From Candidatus Bathyarchaeota archaeon (lineage in GTDB: Archaea > Thermoproteota > Bathyarchaeia > TCS64 > B23): a DNA stretch of 48,260 nucleotides. Below are positions 28,016 to 37,228 of this stretch, in pieces. A program made the position numbers and the translations under genes. The DNA is taken from NCBI GenBank assembly GCA_021161045.1, contig JAGHBJ010000106.1:1-48260 (forward strand), read 5' to 3'. The notes beneath the pieces were generated by a model. It made no database searches, was not told the origin of the DNA, and saw nothing but the letters and a program-made list of their open reading frames with translations. The first letter of the stretch is position 1; each line of letters starts with the position of its first letter.

Positions 28016-28447
28016 ATGCCCAACGGGATGTTCGCAGCGAGGAAGCTGGTGAAGATCCGTAAGAAGATGCGATTGAAGAGTCGAGACTATGTCAGGCGTC
28101 TCCGTAAGAAGATGTATAAGAAGGCCGATCCCCTTGAGGGCGCCCCCATGGCTAGGGGCATAGTCCTCCAGAAGGTTGGCGTCGAGTCGAGGCAGCCCAA
28201 CTCCGCCATCAGGAAGTGTGTGAAGGTTCAGCTCATCAAGAATGGAAAGATCGTCACCGCCTTCCTCCCAGGGGATGGCGCCCTCAACTACGTTGAGGAG
28301 CATGATGAGGTCATCATAGAGGGCATCGGGGGGCCGAGGGCGCGGTCAATGGGTGACATTCCAGGCGTCCGATATAAGGTGACGAAGGTAAACGGCGTCC
28401 CCTTAAAGCTCCTCGTCCTAGGTAAGGCTAAGAAGCCGATGAGGTAG
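28016..28447 (+). CDS. rps12: 30S ribosomal protein S12 (uS12)
   Basis: The conserved uS12 sequence begins at [11 protein letters not shown] and continues with [13 protein letters not shown]. The 42 upstream codons of the track ORF (from 27890) overlap the tuf start and look non-coding. Confidence 0.9.
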   Translation: MPNGMFAARKLVKIRKKMRLKSRDYVRRLRKKMYKKADPLEGAPMARGIVLQKVGVESRQPNSAIRKCVKVQLIKNGKIVTAFLPGDGALNYVEEHDEVIIEGIGGPRARSMGDIPGVRYKVTKVNGVPLKLLVLGKAKKPMR

Positions 28448-29609
28448 CCTTCATCTCCCTCATCACCAGGGCTAGAGGGACATTCACCAATAGGAAGGCT
28501 GAGGCGACATAGAAGCATAGAGCCATATTAAACTCCTCGCTAAGCGTCGACATTATTATAGGCCCAACGATGGAGCCGAGGTCGAAGAAGGTTCTATAGG
28601 TTCCTATAGCTGCGCCTCGGAGTTCCCCCCTGACGGACTCGGAGGCGATGACGGGGGAGACGATCCAGATAGCCCCCGTCGAGAGGCCTATGAGGAATAT
28701 CGTGGCGGCTATGAGGATGGGATTATAGGCATATCTCAACAGCACTATGAGGACTCCGGTGGCCGCGAGGCCGAAGAGGAGGACAGGCCTACGCCCAATC
28801 CTATCCGATATGGGGCCCATAGTGAACATCGCTGAGACGAAGCCGAGTGACCTCACTGACAATATGATGCCTATGAGAGTGAGGGGAAGACTCATCCTCT
28901 CGTTCATATATATAGGGAAGATCGTGTAGAGAACCCCTGTGCTCATCATATACTCGGCGAAGATGGAGCTTGAGGCCACAATGATGTTCCTATTCGCCAG
29001 AATCTCCAATACCGCTGAGAGGGGTATGTGCCTCGCCTCCTCCATCCGTCTCCTATGCTTAATCCCCGAGATGAAGAGGAGGAGAAGTGCTACGCCGCCT
29101 ATGAGGGAGGAGAGGAGGAAGGTTCCCCTAAACCCTAGGAGGGATACGACGTATCCGCTTATCGATGAGCCTAGAATGGTTCCGATGAACTCAACTCCCT
29201 GGAAGAATCCCATCGCGCTTCCACGGCGCTCGGCGGTGAAGAGGTCGACGACGAAGGTCATCGCCACAGCGTAGAAGAGCGGAGCTCCCAGCCCTATCAT
29301 GGCTCTGCCAGCCATGAGCTGATAGGGGTTGCGGACGAAGTGGCATAGGATGTTGCCCAGAATGGTCAGCGTGAGTCCCGTCGCCATGGGCTTGAAGTAT
29401 CCGAGCTTTGAGGAGAGGAGGCCGCTGGGTATCTCCATGAATATCCTCGCCGTCCAATAGGCGGAGACTACGAGGCCGATGGTGACGCCTACGGCTCCAA
29501 TTCTCTTAGCGAAGATGGAGAGGAGGGGGTTTATCACGCTCCCGCTGAGGATGGTGAGGAAGGCGATGGCGCAGAGGAAGATATACTCCCTAGGCAGCCT
29601 TCCATCCAT
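28428..29609 (-). CDS. MFS transporter
   Basis: 393-aa hydrophobic ORF with about 12 helices. The loop motif ISDRIGRRP is MFS-like. It sits between rps12 and rps7 on the opposite strand. Confidence 0.7.
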   Translation of the reverse strand: MDGRLPREYIFLCAIAFLTILSGSVINPLLSIFAKRIGAVGVTIGLVVSAYWTARIFMEIPSGLLSSKLGYFKPMATGLTLTILGNILCHFVRNPYQLMAGRAMIGLGAPLFYAVAMTFVVDLFTAERRGSAMGFFQGVEFIGTILGSSISGYVVSLLGFRGTFLLSSLIGGVALLLLFISGIKHRRRMEEARHIPLSAVLEILANRNIIVASSSIFAEYMMSTGVLYTIFPIYMNERMSLPLTLIGIILSVRSLGFVSAMFTMGPISDRIGRRPVLLFGLAATGVLIVLLRYAYNPILIAATIFLIGLSTGAIWIVSPVIASESVRGELRGAAIGTYRTFFDLGSIVGPIIMSTLSEEFNMALCFYVASAFLLVNVPLALVMREMKATSSAS

Positions 29610-29705
29610 ATTGGTCTAAGAGACCACGAGGATGTCGATTATAAGGTTTAGGGCGGAGCGGAACCCTTTTATCTAGGTGGACAATTCCCCTCTCTGACAT
29701 CTGGG

Positions 29706-30272
29706 ATGGACAAGCCTAAGCTCTTCGGGGAGTGGAGCTTCGAGGAGGTAACCGTCAGAGACCTCGGGTTACAGCGCTACATCAATCTAGACCCCATCTA
29801 CCTCCCACACTCCGGAGGGCGCCACGAGGCTAAGAGGTTTAAGAAGTCGGAGCTCAACATCGTGGAGCGCCTAGTCAACAGCCTAATGCACCCTGGAAGC
29901 AGTGGAGGGGAGAAGACCCGTATCATAAACGCCGTGAGGAAGGCCTTCAAGATCATACATCTCAAAACGGGTCGAAACCCAATAGAGGTGTTGGTGAGAG
30001 CCATAGAGAATGCGGCTCCAAATGAGGATACGACCCGCATCAGCTATGGAGGGGTCGTCTACAGGGTGGCAGTTGACATCTCCCCGCAGAGACGCGTAGA
30101 CCTCGCCTTAAGATTCATATCTCAGGGAACCAGGCTTGAGGCCTTCAGAAGCCGAAAGACCCTCGCCGAGGCCCTAGCCGATCAACTCATCGGCGCAGCT
30201 AACAACGACACAAACAACTACGCCATAAGGAAGAAACTGGAGCAGGAGCGCATAGCCCTAGCCTCCAGGTAG
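29706..30272 (+). CDS. rps7: 30S ribosomal protein S7 (uS7)
   Basis: 188-aa ORF. LFGEWSFEEVTVRDLGLQRYI... and NIVERLVNSLM are typical of archaeal uS7. Confidence 0.9.
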   Translation: MDKPKLFGEWSFEEVTVRDLGLQRYINLDPIYLPHSGGRHEAKRFKKSELNIVERLVNSLMHPGSSGGEKTRIINAVRKAFKIIHLKTGRNPIEVLVRAIENAAPNEDTTRISYGGVVYRVAVDISPQRRVDLALRFISQGTRLEAFRSRKTLAEALADQLIGAANNDTNNYAIRKKLEQERIALASR

Positions 30273-31115
30273 GAGAGCGCCTAACAAGAAGCCTAATAGG
30301 CCTAGGGCCATGGCTGTGAGGATGATTCTTTTAACCCTAAGGCTGTTCTCCCGCGTCGGCCTCTTGATGAGGCTGATGGAGGAGTAGAGAAGCATCAAAT
30401 CCGTTGCGAGAACCGGTGGAAGATACCAGATGGAGACGATGCCCCATAATATAGGGAGGGGGGAGAGGAGGAGGGCTGATATCAGGAAGAGCGCTGAGAC
30501 TAGAGCCGCAGCTCTAGAACCCCTTGAGACGGCGATGGTTCTAACACCACGTCTTCGATCCCCCTCAACATCTGCTATACCCTTAGCCACCTCTCGACCG
30601 GTGTTGGAGAGGAAGGCCATAGAGGCGAAGAGCAGAGTTCTCATGGGGAGGCCGACGCCGGAGGCGAGGGCGCCGTAGAGGAAGGGGATGGAGACGCAGA
30701 TGCTCACCATCAGATTGCCTGGCAGCCCCGTCTCCTTCCCCACAGTCGAGTAGGAGGCCATCACGATCCAGGAGAAGGCGGCGAGGAGTAGGCAGCCCAA
30801 ATTCGTCATCCAGGCCAGTAGGAGGCCGAGGAGGCTGAGCAGAGTCATCAGGGCTAAGGCCTCCCAGGGCTTCACCTCGCCGCTGGGTATCGGCCTATCA
30901 GGCTGATTGACGGCGTCTATTTCCCTGTCACAATAGTCGTTGAGGGCCATGGCGGCAGCCGTCATGAGGAAGCCGGTGGCAAAGCCGAGGAGCAGCCCCC
31001 TCCATGAGGCTGAGTTTAGGCCTCCGGCTAAGGCTGCCCCGACGAGGACGGCGAACCCCATCATCACCGCGTTTACAGGCCTCATAAGCCTCAGGAGACT
31101 CAGGAGCCTGGCCAT
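30258..31115 (-). CDS. UbiA-family prenyltransferase, digeranylgeranylglyceryl phosphate synthase-like
   Basis: The motif NDYCDREIDAVNQPDRPIPSG is present and the protein is multi-TM. The track ORF extends to 31175. The ATG at 31115 (MARLLSLLRLMRPVN) gives a typical 285-aa length. Confidence 0.7.
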   Translation of the reverse strand: MARLLSLLRLMRPVNAVMMGFAVLVGAALAGGLNSASWRGLLLGFATGFLMTAAAMALNDYCDREIDAVNQPDRPIPSGEVKPWEALALMTLLSLLGLLLAWMTNLGCLLLAAFSWIVMASYSTVGKETGLPGNLMVSICVSIPFLYGALASGVGLPMRTLLFASMAFLSNTGREVAKGIADVEGDRRRGVRTIAVSRGSRAAALVSALFLISALLLSPLPILWGIVSIWYLPPVLATDLMLLYSSISLIKRPTRENSLRVKRIILTAMALGLLGFLLGALLPGG

Positions 31116-31194
31116 CGAAGGGGTAGATTTCCAGCGGCCTATTAAACGATGTCGAAGGTAGGCTTTTCCACACATCGAGGGAGGAGATCACGAT

Positions 31195-32343
31195 ATGCGC
31201 CTGAAGGCCTTCGCCGTGAAGCAATGGGGCGGTGGGAGGAGCTTCACCATATATGTCACAGCCCTCCCAGCCGGTCTGCTGGTTGAGAGATGCTCCATTG
31301 ATCGTTGGACTCCCCAGAACCCAGGGGGTTATCAGAGGCCGCCTGATGAGCGCCGCCTAGGCTGGAGGAGGGGGTCAGCCCTCAGATATCTATTGAGAGA
31401 GCTTGGATGTTTCCCCACGTCGATCCTGCTGAATATCCGAGGTGAATTAATCTTCAGGGAGGAGTGGTCTTCAGGCATCTTAACACTCGGGGAGCTCCAC
31501 ATCGATGATGGTGAGCCTCTCTGGGTTATCGACGGTCAACATAGGGTTGAGGCCTTGAGGAGGGCGATCGAGCGGAATCCGGAATATGAGAGCTATCCTC
31601 TAATTGTCTCCATCATGAGGCTTCCAGACCGCTTCGATGAGCTCCTCCTCTTCTACATCGTCAACCGCCGTCAACGCAGCGTTCCAACAGATCTAGCCTA
31701 TCGACATCTACAGCGTATGCTCCTGAAGCGGGGTGTGGATTGGCTCTATGAGCTGGAGGGTGGCAGAGGCGTCCGCCTAGCGTTGGCGGCTGAGGTCGTC
31801 GACCAATTAAACTCCTCCGAGCGTTCACCCTGGAGGGGGCGTATAAGGCGTATTGGGGAGGAGCGTCGTGAGGAGCATATCATCCATGATAGACCCCTCA
31901 TAAGGTCGATAGCCCCCATATTGAGGGAACGGGTCTTCGAGGGCCTCTCCATAAGGGAGATCGCCGACCTCCTCATCGAGTATTGGAGGGCTTTAAGGAG
32001 GCTCTACGCCGAGGCCTTCGAGAGGCCGGAGCGCTATACGCTGCTCGGCACTCCAGGCATCTTCTCCCTCCACATGTTATTCCCATCTATCTATGCCCGC
32101 TGCGCCAGGAGGGGCATCATCGATGAGGAGGAGATGCTTAGACTCCTATCCCATCTCCTGGAGGAGACGCCTGGGCATCCACAGCCTGAGTTTAGAGGGC
32201 CGATAACCCTCGATTTCTGGTCTAAGGAGCATGGCCCAGCCATCGCTCTCTCGACGAGTCTGAAGACCATTCGAAGCCTCTACCTAGGTCTTTCGAAGAA
32301 GATTCAGCTCGTGGAGGAGAGCCTCTCCCCCAGAACCTTATAG
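31195..32343 (+). CDS. DGQHR-domain protein (DndB-like, ParB/Srx nuclease-fold superfamily)
   Basis: 382-aa ORF with an exact DGQHR motif (VIDGQHRVEALRRAI) and an upstream QR-containing motif (GGYQRPPDERRL). Confidence 0.7.
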   Translation: MRLKAFAVKQWGGGRSFTIYVTALPAGLLVERCSIDRWTPQNPGGYQRPPDERRLGWRRGSALRYLLRELGCFPTSILLNIRGELIFREEWSSGILTLGELHIDDGEPLWVIDGQHRVEALRRAIERNPEYESYPLIVSIMRLPDRFDELLLFYIVNRRQRSVPTDLAYRHLQRMLLKRGVDWLYELEGGRGVRLALAAEVVDQLNSSERSPWRGRIRRIGEERREEHIIHDRPLIRSIAPILRERVFEGLSIREIADLLIEYWRALRRLYAEAFERPERYTLLGTPGIFSLHMLFPSIYARCARRGIIDEEEMLRLLSHLLEETPGHPQPEFRGPITLDFWSKEHGPAIALSTSLKTIRSLYLGLSKKIQLVEESLSPRTL

Positions 32344-32811
32344 AGGCCGTAGAGGGAGATGGCGTAGAAGAGGTAGAGGTTCACAAAATGTGAGAGGGTA
32401 TAGGCTAACTCTCTAAGGCTTAGAAGGAGGGGTGAAAGGCTGGAGATGGAGGTGAGAACCACTGGAAGCATCAATAGAGTCCTCCTCATCCTCCGCGCTG
32501 AGACCGAAACCCATTTATTCTAGGCATAGACGAGCCAGGAAGCCGCTACATAGGAGTATATGATGCTTCCAAGCGGCATCTTAACGGCTCCAAGGCTTGG
32601 GAAATACTTGATGATCCCTCGGCTCAGAGGAATGGGTAGATGTTATTGGTAAGGTGAACAACACCCAGGGAAACCAAAACTCGAATCCCCTAACCTGATC
32701 ATAGAGGGGAGGCTTCTCCAATCCAGGTATATCATCGATGAAGGCGTAGGTTTGGATGGCGCCGGCTATGGAGAGGAAAAGCCTCCTAGGGCAGGGCTTA
32801 GAAATTCGAGG
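32304..32811 (-). pseudogene. Probable decayed membrane-protein gene
   Basis: My hand translation of the minus strand gives hydrophobic pieces in two frames. One is ...LFLSIAGAIQTYAFIDDIPGLEKPPLYDQVRGFEFWFPWVLFTLPI.... The other is MPLGSIIYSYVAASWLVYA-TAG-NKWVSVSARRMRRTLLMLPVVLTSISS..., which is the 61-aa track ORF. They are interrupted by one frameshift and one in-frame TAG. Confidence 0.3.
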
Positions 32812-32814
32812 GCC

Positions 32815-33207
32815 TTAAGCCCTCTCCACAAGAATTCTCTCCCCCATCCTCACCTTGCGAAAGATTGTTGCATCGCCTAGGATCCTGGCGAAGACGTTGA
32901 CGGGGCTGGCAGCCCTAATCTCGCCGCCTCTGCTAACCGGTGTGGAGCCGAAGAAGATGCAGATGGCTCTCCCAGGAGGCCAGTAGGCGACTTCACCCAC
33001 CTCAACCCGCTCCCTCGCATTCTCCTCCCCCAATTCGATGGGGGTGGAGAAGTAGACTTCATCGCCCCAGCGCTCGGCTACGCCCTCGATTGGAAGCGCA
33101 TCCCAGACCGCCTCAGCCGTCTTGGGATTTTCCCCTGTCATCTCCGCCTCCACCGATCCTATGCTGGGAGACCTGAACCTGATCCGCATCGACATGGGAG
33201 CCCCCAT
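32815..33207 (-). CDS. Cyclophilin-like fold protein (TM1367-like family)
   Basis: 130-aa ORF. The pattern LPIEGVAERWGDEVYF...GEVAYWPPGRAICIFFG resembles the TM1367-type cyclophilin-like family. Confidence 0.45.
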   Translation of the reverse strand: MGAPMSMRIRFRSPSIGSVEAEMTGENPKTAEAVWDALPIEGVAERWGDEVYFSTPIELGEENARERVEVGEVAYWPPGRAICIFFGSTPVSRGGEIRAASPVNVFARILGDATIFRKVRMGERILVERA

Positions 33208-33211
33208 AGAC

Positions 33212-33736
33212 CTACCTCGTGGAGGGGAGGGCTAAGACCTCTAGAACCTTCAATCTCCTCTCGGGATCAGGACTCACTATCTCATCGGGTTCTGCGGCTC
33301 TGACCACGAGGGCGGTGTTGATGCCTCCCCCCTCGCCTGCTACCGTGATCACCTTCTCCCCCTTTAAGCCCTCTCCAGCGGCGATGACGGCTGCTTCCAA
33401 GGCGGCTTTTACGCCTTCGCCGAAGATCAATAGGCCCTCCCTTATGCCCCTCCGATCCTGGATTGGGAGCTCCACCCTCTCCAGGGGTTTGACGCCCATC
33501 TTCTTCATCTTCTTCTTAACATCGTCGCCGTAGGTGAACTCGGTTACGCTGATCACGGGGATAGACCCCTTCAGGGCCTCAGCGATCCTCAGGGTCGACT
33601 TCCCTCCCCTGCTGGCGACGGCTACGGCCTTTATGTCTCCCTCTTGAACCCTCTCCACCACAGCCTTAACAAGCTCCTCAAACTCCCCTTCCTCTAGGTA
33701 TATGATCTCACCTCTTCTCACTGAGATCACCATCAA
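33212..33736 (-). CDS. Pyruvate kinase C-terminal (alpha/beta) domain-like protein
   Basis: 174-aa ORF. IKAVAVASRGGKSTLRIAE...VISVT...VITVAGEGGGINTALVVRAA...LKVLEVLALP matches the pattern of stand-alone archaeal PK_C-like proteins. It lies 4 nt upstream of the cyclophilin-like gene. Confidence 0.5.
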   Translation of the reverse strand: MMVISVRRGEIIYLEEGEFEELVKAVVERVQEGDIKAVAVASRGGKSTLRIAEALKGSIPVISVTEFTYGDDVKKKMKKMGVKPLERVELPIQDRRGIREGLLIFGEGVKAALEAAVIAAGEGLKGEKVITVAGEGGGINTALVVRAAEPDEIVSPDPERRLKVLEVLALPSTR

Positions 33737-33807
33737 GACGTCTCCGAAACACCCTAAAACCTTTACCGGAGGAGTTATCGAGATATACGTCTCTGGAGAC
33801 GGAAGCC

Positions 33808-36600
33808 ATGGATTCGAGGATAAGCCTCATCCTCATGCTCCTGCTCGTGAGCCTGCAGCCCTCATCGACGATGAGGGTTGAGGGAGTTGCGGTTGATCAG
33901 CTGGGTAGACCTCTAAATGGGGTGACGCTACATATCTTCCAAGGCGGCGTTGAGGTCTCCTCCCCATCCCTAGATGAGAATGGTTTTTTCGCAATTGAGC
34001 TGAGGGAGGCTGGAACCCTCTACCTATACGCCGATGATCCCTCCACTCCAGGCGTCGACTACCTTCCCCTCAGGGTTGAAGCCCCCTGGGAGGGTGTGAG
34101 AACCCTAATCTTCAGGCCTGCGGCCACCCTAGTCGTCGAGGGTTCAGCTCAGTTCATCGACTCCAAGGAGCTCCCCCTATCCACCACCTTCACCGTCGTT
34201 GATTTAGAGGGTAAACCTATAGAGGTGGATGGCCTAACCCTCATCTACGGCGACGGAGAGAATTCACTTACTCCCCTCCTAGGTTTAAGGGAGGATGTCC
34301 TCCTAGTCCCCGCTGATACGCCTCTAGGGGTGTCGGTGAACTGCACGGTTCTTCTCGGCTCGGCTCTGATAACCCGCTCCTTCCCACTGGTGAGGGAACC
34401 CTTGAGGCTTGTTAGGGGTGAGGCTAGAAGCATCGATCTCCTCGCAGCCTCCATGCCCTTAAACCTCGAATTGGTGGAGGGACTCCTTGGAGGGGTCTCC
34501 GAGAGACTTAAGGATATGCGAATTGAGGGCTTCTACCTGGAGGCTGAGGAGGCTAAACTGAGGGAGGCCTCCTCCCTCCTAGAGGAGGCGAGATACCTCA
34601 GCACGGAGGGCCTATACATCGAGAGCTTCGACGCGGCGAGGAGATGCTACCTCAACCTCAAGGCCCTAGATTTGAGGCTCAGACATCTACGCCTCGACGC
34701 CTCCACCTCAATATATCTACTCCTAGCCTTCCTCTCCTCCACGTCTACCCTAACAGCCCTACTCCTCGTGGAGAGGTGGCGGAGTAGGCTGGCCACCGCT
34801 CTCGCCCTCTATCTCCTCAGCCTCGCGGCGCTGAGGTGGAGCTATCCAGGTTTCCAACTTCTATCCCCTATGATCCTCACCTCAAGCTCCATCGCCGCCC
34901 TCTCAGCTACGCTTCTAGCCCTCTACCTCCTCAGCCACATCACTCCGAAGGCTAGGGGCGACGGCCACATACCCGTGAGAAACCTCATAGGCCCCATCAT
35001 ATCCATAGGGAGACGCAACCTTAGAAGGCGTAGATTGAGGACGATGCTCACGTTGACGTCTCTGATGATCCTCATCGCCAGCTTCGTCTCCCTCACAAGC
35101 ATCTCCACCGGCTACGGCCTGACAACGAGGAGAGTCGGCAGATCAAATTGGAGAGGGGTTCTCCTAAGACCTGGAGGCGTTATGATCCAAGGCCTAGAAG
35201 CCACTGTGGATTGGCTGTTGGATCAGCCTGGCGTGGAGGCCGTAGCCCCGAAGGCTGAGAGCATGGCTATCCCGAATCCCCATGTCTATCTTAAGGGGCG
35301 CCCCATCTATGGGATAGTAGGCGTAGACCCAGAGGCTGAGATCTGGGCCAGCGGCCTTGGAGACATCCTCATCGAGGGTCATCTACCCTCCTCAGATGGC
35401 TTGGCGATAAGCTCCAGGTTGGCTGAGGAGCTGGGGCTGAGGATCGGCGATGAGGTGACCCTCCTCGGCTGGACGCTGAGATTGGAGGGGGTGCTCAGCG
35501 ATGAGGGTTTGAGGCGGCTGAGGGAGGTGGATGGCTCCCACTATCTGCCGGAGAAGCTGGTGAATATAAGCCCTGAAGGTGAGCCGCCTAACTTCGTCCC
35601 CACCCCCTGTGAGCCTGGTGAGGTGGTTATCCTCCATATATCCAAGGCGTTGATGGTTCCCCTCGTCTCCCCCTCCAGGATCTCGGTGAAGCTCTCCGGA
35701 GAAGTCGATGTGGAGGCCTTCGCCTCTAGGATGGCCTTGGAGAGGGGTTTCAAGGCCTATGCCTCGACGGGTGGAGCCGTCTATCTCTATCAGCTATCCT
35801 CATATTTCGAGGGTAGGGGGCTTCCCCTCTTTATTCCATGGGTGATACTGCTGCTAAATATCGCCTCCATAACCCTCAGCGCCTTAAGGGAGAGGCGCTG
35901 GGAGGTCTCCATACTCTCGGCTATAGGCTTAAATCCAACTCAGATAGCGGCCGTCTTCCTCGTCGAGGCGTCGATCCTCGGCTTCGTTGGAGGAGGCCTA
36001 GGCCACCTTATCGGTCTCAGCCTTTATAGATTACTCAGCATCCTAGGCATCCCCCTGAGCGTATATCAGAAGGTCTCAGCCCTCTGGTGCCTCGCCTCCC
36101 TAGCCCTCAGCTTAAGCGTCGCCCTCGTCGGGGCGGCCGTCGCCCTGAAGGCCTCCGTCATACTTACCCCCTCCCTCATGCGTAGGTGGAGGCTGAGGGG
36201 TGAGGAGGAGGCGTGGGTCATATCCATACCCGTGAGGCTTCGACCCGAGGAGGAGAGGGAGTTCATCGACTACGTCGCATCTCGACTCCACGCCCTTAGA
36301 GGAGGGGTGGTTAAGAGGACGAGTCTCATAAGGGTTCATCGTCTTGATGGCGCTTATGAGATAGAGTTCATCTATAAATCCGCTGGTCAAGCCCTCGACT
36401 CCTTCTATACGAGGAATAAGCTCAGGGTTGAGAATGGCTCCGTAACTCTAACATCCATAGGCGCTGAGCGATGGGCCTATGAGGTTGGATCGCTGATGAG
36501 GATGATCGCGGTGGAGTGGGCATCGGAGAAGGGTTCTATTTCACCTCTATCTTCTCAACCCGACCATCCCTCAGCCAGACAACCCTATCGCTCCCCTTAA
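33808..36600 (+). CDS. Giant MacB/FtsX-type ABC permease with extra N-terminal ectodomain, extra TM helices and a C-terminal cytoplasmic domain
   Basis: 930-aa ORF with these parts in order:
- a signal or anchor sequence;
- a carboxypeptidase-regulatory-like beta domain (GVTLHIFQGG...);
- about three TM helices;
- an FtsX TM1 (RRNLRRRRLRTMLTLTSLMILIASFV);
- an extracytoplasmic domain of about 220 aa;
- the FtsX three-helix bundle (EVSILSAIGLNPTQIAAVFLVEASILGFVGG);
- a soluble tail of about 180 aa. Confidence 0.65.
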   Translation: MDSRISLILMLLLVSLQPSSTMRVEGVAVDQLGRPLNGVTLHIFQGGVEVSSPSLDENGFFAIELREAGTLYLYADDPSTPGVDYLPLRVEAPWEGVRTLIFRPAATLVVEGSAQFIDSKELPLSTTFTVVDLEGKPIEVDGLTLIYGDGENSLTPLLGLREDVLLVPADTPLGVSVNCTVLLGSALITRSFPLVREPLRLVRGEARSIDLLAASMPLNLELVEGLLGGVSERLKDMRIEGFYLEAEEAKLREASSLLEEARYLSTEGLYIESFDAARRCYLNLKALDLRLRHLRLDASTSIYLLLAFLSSTSTLTALLLVERWRSRLATALALYLLSLAALRWSYPGFQLLSPMILTSSSIAALSATLLALYLLSHITPKARGDGHIPVRNLIGPIISIGRRNLRRRRLRTMLTLTSLMILIASFVSLTSISTGYGLTTRRVGRSNWRGVLLRPGGVMIQGLEATVDWLLDQPGVEAVAPKAESMAIPNPHVYLKGRPIYGIVGVDPEAEIWASGLGDILIEGHLPSSDGLAISSRLAEELGLRIGDEVTLLGWTLRLEGVLSDEGLRRLREVDGSHYLPEKLVNISPEGEPPNFVPTPCEPGEVVILHISKALMVPLVSPSRISVKLSGEVDVEAFASRMALERGFKAYASTGGAVYLYQLSSYFEGRGLPLFIPWVILLLNIASITLSALRERRWEVSILSAIGLNPTQIAAVFLVEASILGFVGGGLGHLIGLSLYRLLSILGIPLSVYQKVSALWCLASLALSLSVALVGAAVALKASVILTPSLMRRWRLRGEEEAWVISIPVRLRPEEEREFIDYVASRLHALRGGVVKRTSLIRVHRLDGAYEIEFIYKSAGQALDSFYTRNKLRVENGSVTLTSIGAERWAYEVGSLMRMIAVEWASEKGSISPLSSQPDHPSARQPYRSP

Positions 36601-37228
36601 TCATCTCAACATCGTGAGTTGCGGCGATGATGGTCACCTCCCTCTCCCTATTGAGTCTCTGGAGAAGCCCTATGATACGGCGGCCCGTCTCATGGTCGAG
36701 GTTTCCCGTCGGCTCATCGGCGAGTATGATGTCGGGATCATTGACCATAGCCCTGGCGATGGCCACCCTCTGCTGCTGACCGGCTGAAAGCTCCGATGGT
36801 AGATGCCCCAATCTATCGCCGAGGCCTACAAGCCTCAGGAGCTCCTCAGCCTTCTTCAATCCCTCCTCCCATGGGAGGCCTGCGAAGACCGTTGGAAGCG
36901 CCACATTTTCCAGGGCCGTGAGGACGCCGATGAGGTTGAAGTTCTGGAAGATATAGCCGATCTTGCGACATCTCAGCCACGCCAATTCATAGGCGTCAAG
37001 CTCCGCGAGGTCTACCCCGTCGACGTAGACCTTCCCCCTCGTCGGCCTATCCAGGCCGCCTATGAGGTTGAAGAGGGTTGTCTTACCCGAGCCTGAGGGG
37101 CCGACGATGGAGACGTATTCCCCCCTGTAGAATTCGAGATTTACGCCGTCTAGGGCCTTGATGATGGTGCCAGCCATCTCATAGTATCTCGCCAGGTCTA
37201 CAACCTCTATGAGCGGCTCAGACTTCAT
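36536..37228 (-). CDS. ABC transporter ATP-binding protein (MacB/LolD-type)
   Basis: 230-aa ORF with Walker A GPSGSGKTT, signature LSAGQQQRVAIARA and Walker B ILADEPTGNLD. Confidence 0.9.
   Translation of the reverse strand: MKSEPLIEVVDLARYYEMAGTIIKALDGVNLEFYRGEYVSIVGPSGSGKTTLFNLIGGLDRPTRGKVYVDGVDLAELDAYELAWLRCRKIGYIFQNFNLIGVLTALENVALPTVFAGLPWEEGLKKAEELLRLVGLGDRLGHLPSELSAGQQQRVAIARAMVNDPDIILADEPTGNLDHETGRRIIGLLQRLNREREVTIIAATHDVEMIKGSDRVVWLRDGRVEKIEVK

Noticed and set aside
32609-32696. Possible C/D-box sRNA, with TGATGA at 32609-32614 and CTGA at 32693-32696.
   Set aside because: The C box lacks the preferred purine context. The spacing of about 85 nt is longer than typical archaeal C/D sRNAs. 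I found no convincing internal C'/D' boxes or terminal stem. The region is better explained as decayed coding sequence.
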